Virus record (IMG/VR): IMGVR_UViG_3300010885_076238
Coordinates: 62,001-126,000 of that record
Reading direction: 5' to 3' (one strand)
DNA: 64,000 nt
Made by a program: the position numbers and the translations under genes. A model generated the notes under the pieces. The model was not told the origin of the DNA, searched no databases, and saw only the letters and a program-made list of their open reading frames with translations. This document shows positions 62,895-64,000 of the stretch, in pieces; positions within the stretch are counted from its first letter, which is position 1; each line of letters begins with the position of its first letter.

Positions 62895-63608
62895 ATGGAA
62901 AATACCCCTAAGAAGCCTACTGAAATTCTTCCTTATAGGGAAGAGGATTGGGCAGGCGTTAGCGTTCCTAAGTTTAGGGATGCGAGTCGTGCGTGGAAGT
63001 TTTTGAAGAAGCATGGTTTTTATCGGCTTCCTGAGAAAACTGAATTAGTATTTTTGAAGGATTTATCATTAGCGATAGATTATGCTGTTCGGGTAGGCAC
63101 TAGGTTGCCGGTTGTTTTTGAAACTGAGTTGAAGAAGCATCCTCAGTTGAGTTATGATTATATTTCTAGGGTGATTCAGGCGCCTTTGGAGGAATTTGAA
63201 GAAACTATTAGCAAGGTTCCTTCGTTGCTTGTGAAGTATAGTCATGAAATTTTAGAGGCGCCTTTGCCGGAGCATTTGGAAAATTGTTTGGCGGGTGATC
63301 CGTATAATTGTTTTGAATATGCGTGGCAGGTTCTTGACGGACGTTTGCCGGAAACTTTGCACAACTATATGTTTTGTGCTAACATGGACAATAACTTTGG
63401 ACGTAGGTATCGTGGTGGGTATCATACTAAGTTGAAGGGAGCAGAGGAATACAGTCCTGACTATGTTAGTCCAGAGACTTATTTTGAATTTATCAAGTGG
63501 CAAAGGAAAAATTTGCACAGGCAGATTCAGCATTATCAAAAAATTTATGGTGTTGAATCGAAGCAGACTGTTGGCGAATTTTTACATGAATTAGAGCATG
63601 GTCGTTAA
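62895..63608 (+). CDS. LP-HN-M family protein
   Basis: VPKFRDASRAW N-motif; GRLPETLHNYM; terminal QTVGEFL; promoter at 62853-62877. Confidence 0.8.
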   Translation: MENTPKKPTEILPYREEDWAGVSVPKFRDASRAWKFLKKHGFYRLPEKTELVFLKDLSLAIDYAVRVGTRLPVVFETELKKHPQLSYDYISRVIQAPLEEFEETISKVPSLLVKYSHEILEAPLPEHLENCLAGDPYNCFEYAWQVLDGRLPETLHNYMFCANMDNNFGRRYRGGYHTKLKGAEEYSPDYVSPETYFEFIKWQRKNLHRQIQHYQKIYGVESKQTVGEFLHELEHGR

Positions 63609-64000
63609 ATTATTTTTTACTGATGGGTCTAGTTCTATTCGATCTTTTTCGGATGAAGAATTAAGAGATTTAAAATTAAATAATAGTTTGAAAGATTATT
63701 TCTCAGAGCATTTGAGTCCAGATTTCCCTATTGACACCTTTGAAATATTTGATATAAAGAAGTGTCCGGTGGACAATGATTATAATTTACGGACATTCAA
63801 TTATCGGGATTATTTTAATTATTCTAAATCGTTTATAGGTTTAGAGATAGATGGTTGTGTAGTGGAGCGGGTGGAATTTTTTGACTATGATAGTTACGAG
63901 TATGGTTTGGATAGTTTGGATGGTGAGCCATACGAGCGTGGTGTAATTTTTAATTACACTATGGATCATTATTATTATTCAAAGGGAACAGTTGATCCAG
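63598..64000 (+). CDS. hypothetical protein, truncated by window edge
   Basis: ATG 63598 open to end of window (MVVKLFFTDG...). Confidence 0.6.
   Translation, partial: MVVKLFFTDGSSSIRSFSDEELRDLKLNNSLKDYFSEHLSPDFPIDTFEIFDIKKCPVDNDYNLRTFNYRDYFNYSKSFIGLEIDGCVVERVEFFDYDSYEYGLDSLDGEPYERGVIFNYTMDHYYYSKGTVDP

Noticed and set aside
1-64000. Stop-codon reassignment (code 15 or code 4) seen in some large phages
   Set aside because: Known enzymes are full length in code 11; TAG and TGA both end genes at operon junctions; coding density is already high.
1-64000. tRNA or rRNA genes
   Set aside because: No cloverleaf with T-arm GTTCRA and D-arm found by eye in intergenic gaps; tRNAscan-SE or ARAGORN should confirm.

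Overview
AT-rich, densely coding 64-kb segment of a large tailed dsDNA phage with T4-like features. It is an accessory and host-takeover region: no capsid, terminase, polymerase, rRNA, tRNA or CRISPR was recognised. Recognisable genes include a UvsE 3' end, Rnl1-type RNA ligase, ATP-dependent DNA ligase, WGR-fused ligase, beta-class DNA methyltransferase, SF2 helicase, calpain-like protease, MYG1-like nuclease, metallophosphoesterase, Pol-beta-type nucleotidyltransferase and two alpha/beta hydrolases. Several genes carry planctomycete-type signatures, suggesting a Planctomycetota host (inference). Five larger structures stand out. (1) Eight genes begin with a T4-like capsid-targeting peptide (MxxFxE[W/Y/F]...[I/L]xE), mostly behind TAAATA-type late boxes; they encode a putative injected effector set (kinase, two ART-like proteins, HicA-like, zincin, Cys-His-Asp enzyme, hydrolase, Zn ribbon). 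(2) At least 20 proteins share a 26-aa helical repeat and/or an LPxx[L/M/I]HNx[M/I] motif that is also grafted onto unrelated domains. (3) A methyltransferase-like + helicase + three repeat-protein module has a shared N-terminal peptide on the three repeat proteins. (4) A fixed-spacing promoter, AATAAT-N13-CGTTAT, occurs about 30 times, all on the + strand, often feeding leaderless mRNAs. (5) A sharp GC-skew inversion at a repeat-rich intergenic region near 60.0-60.6 kb is a probable replication origin. All family calls are from motif recognition by eye; no database search was run.
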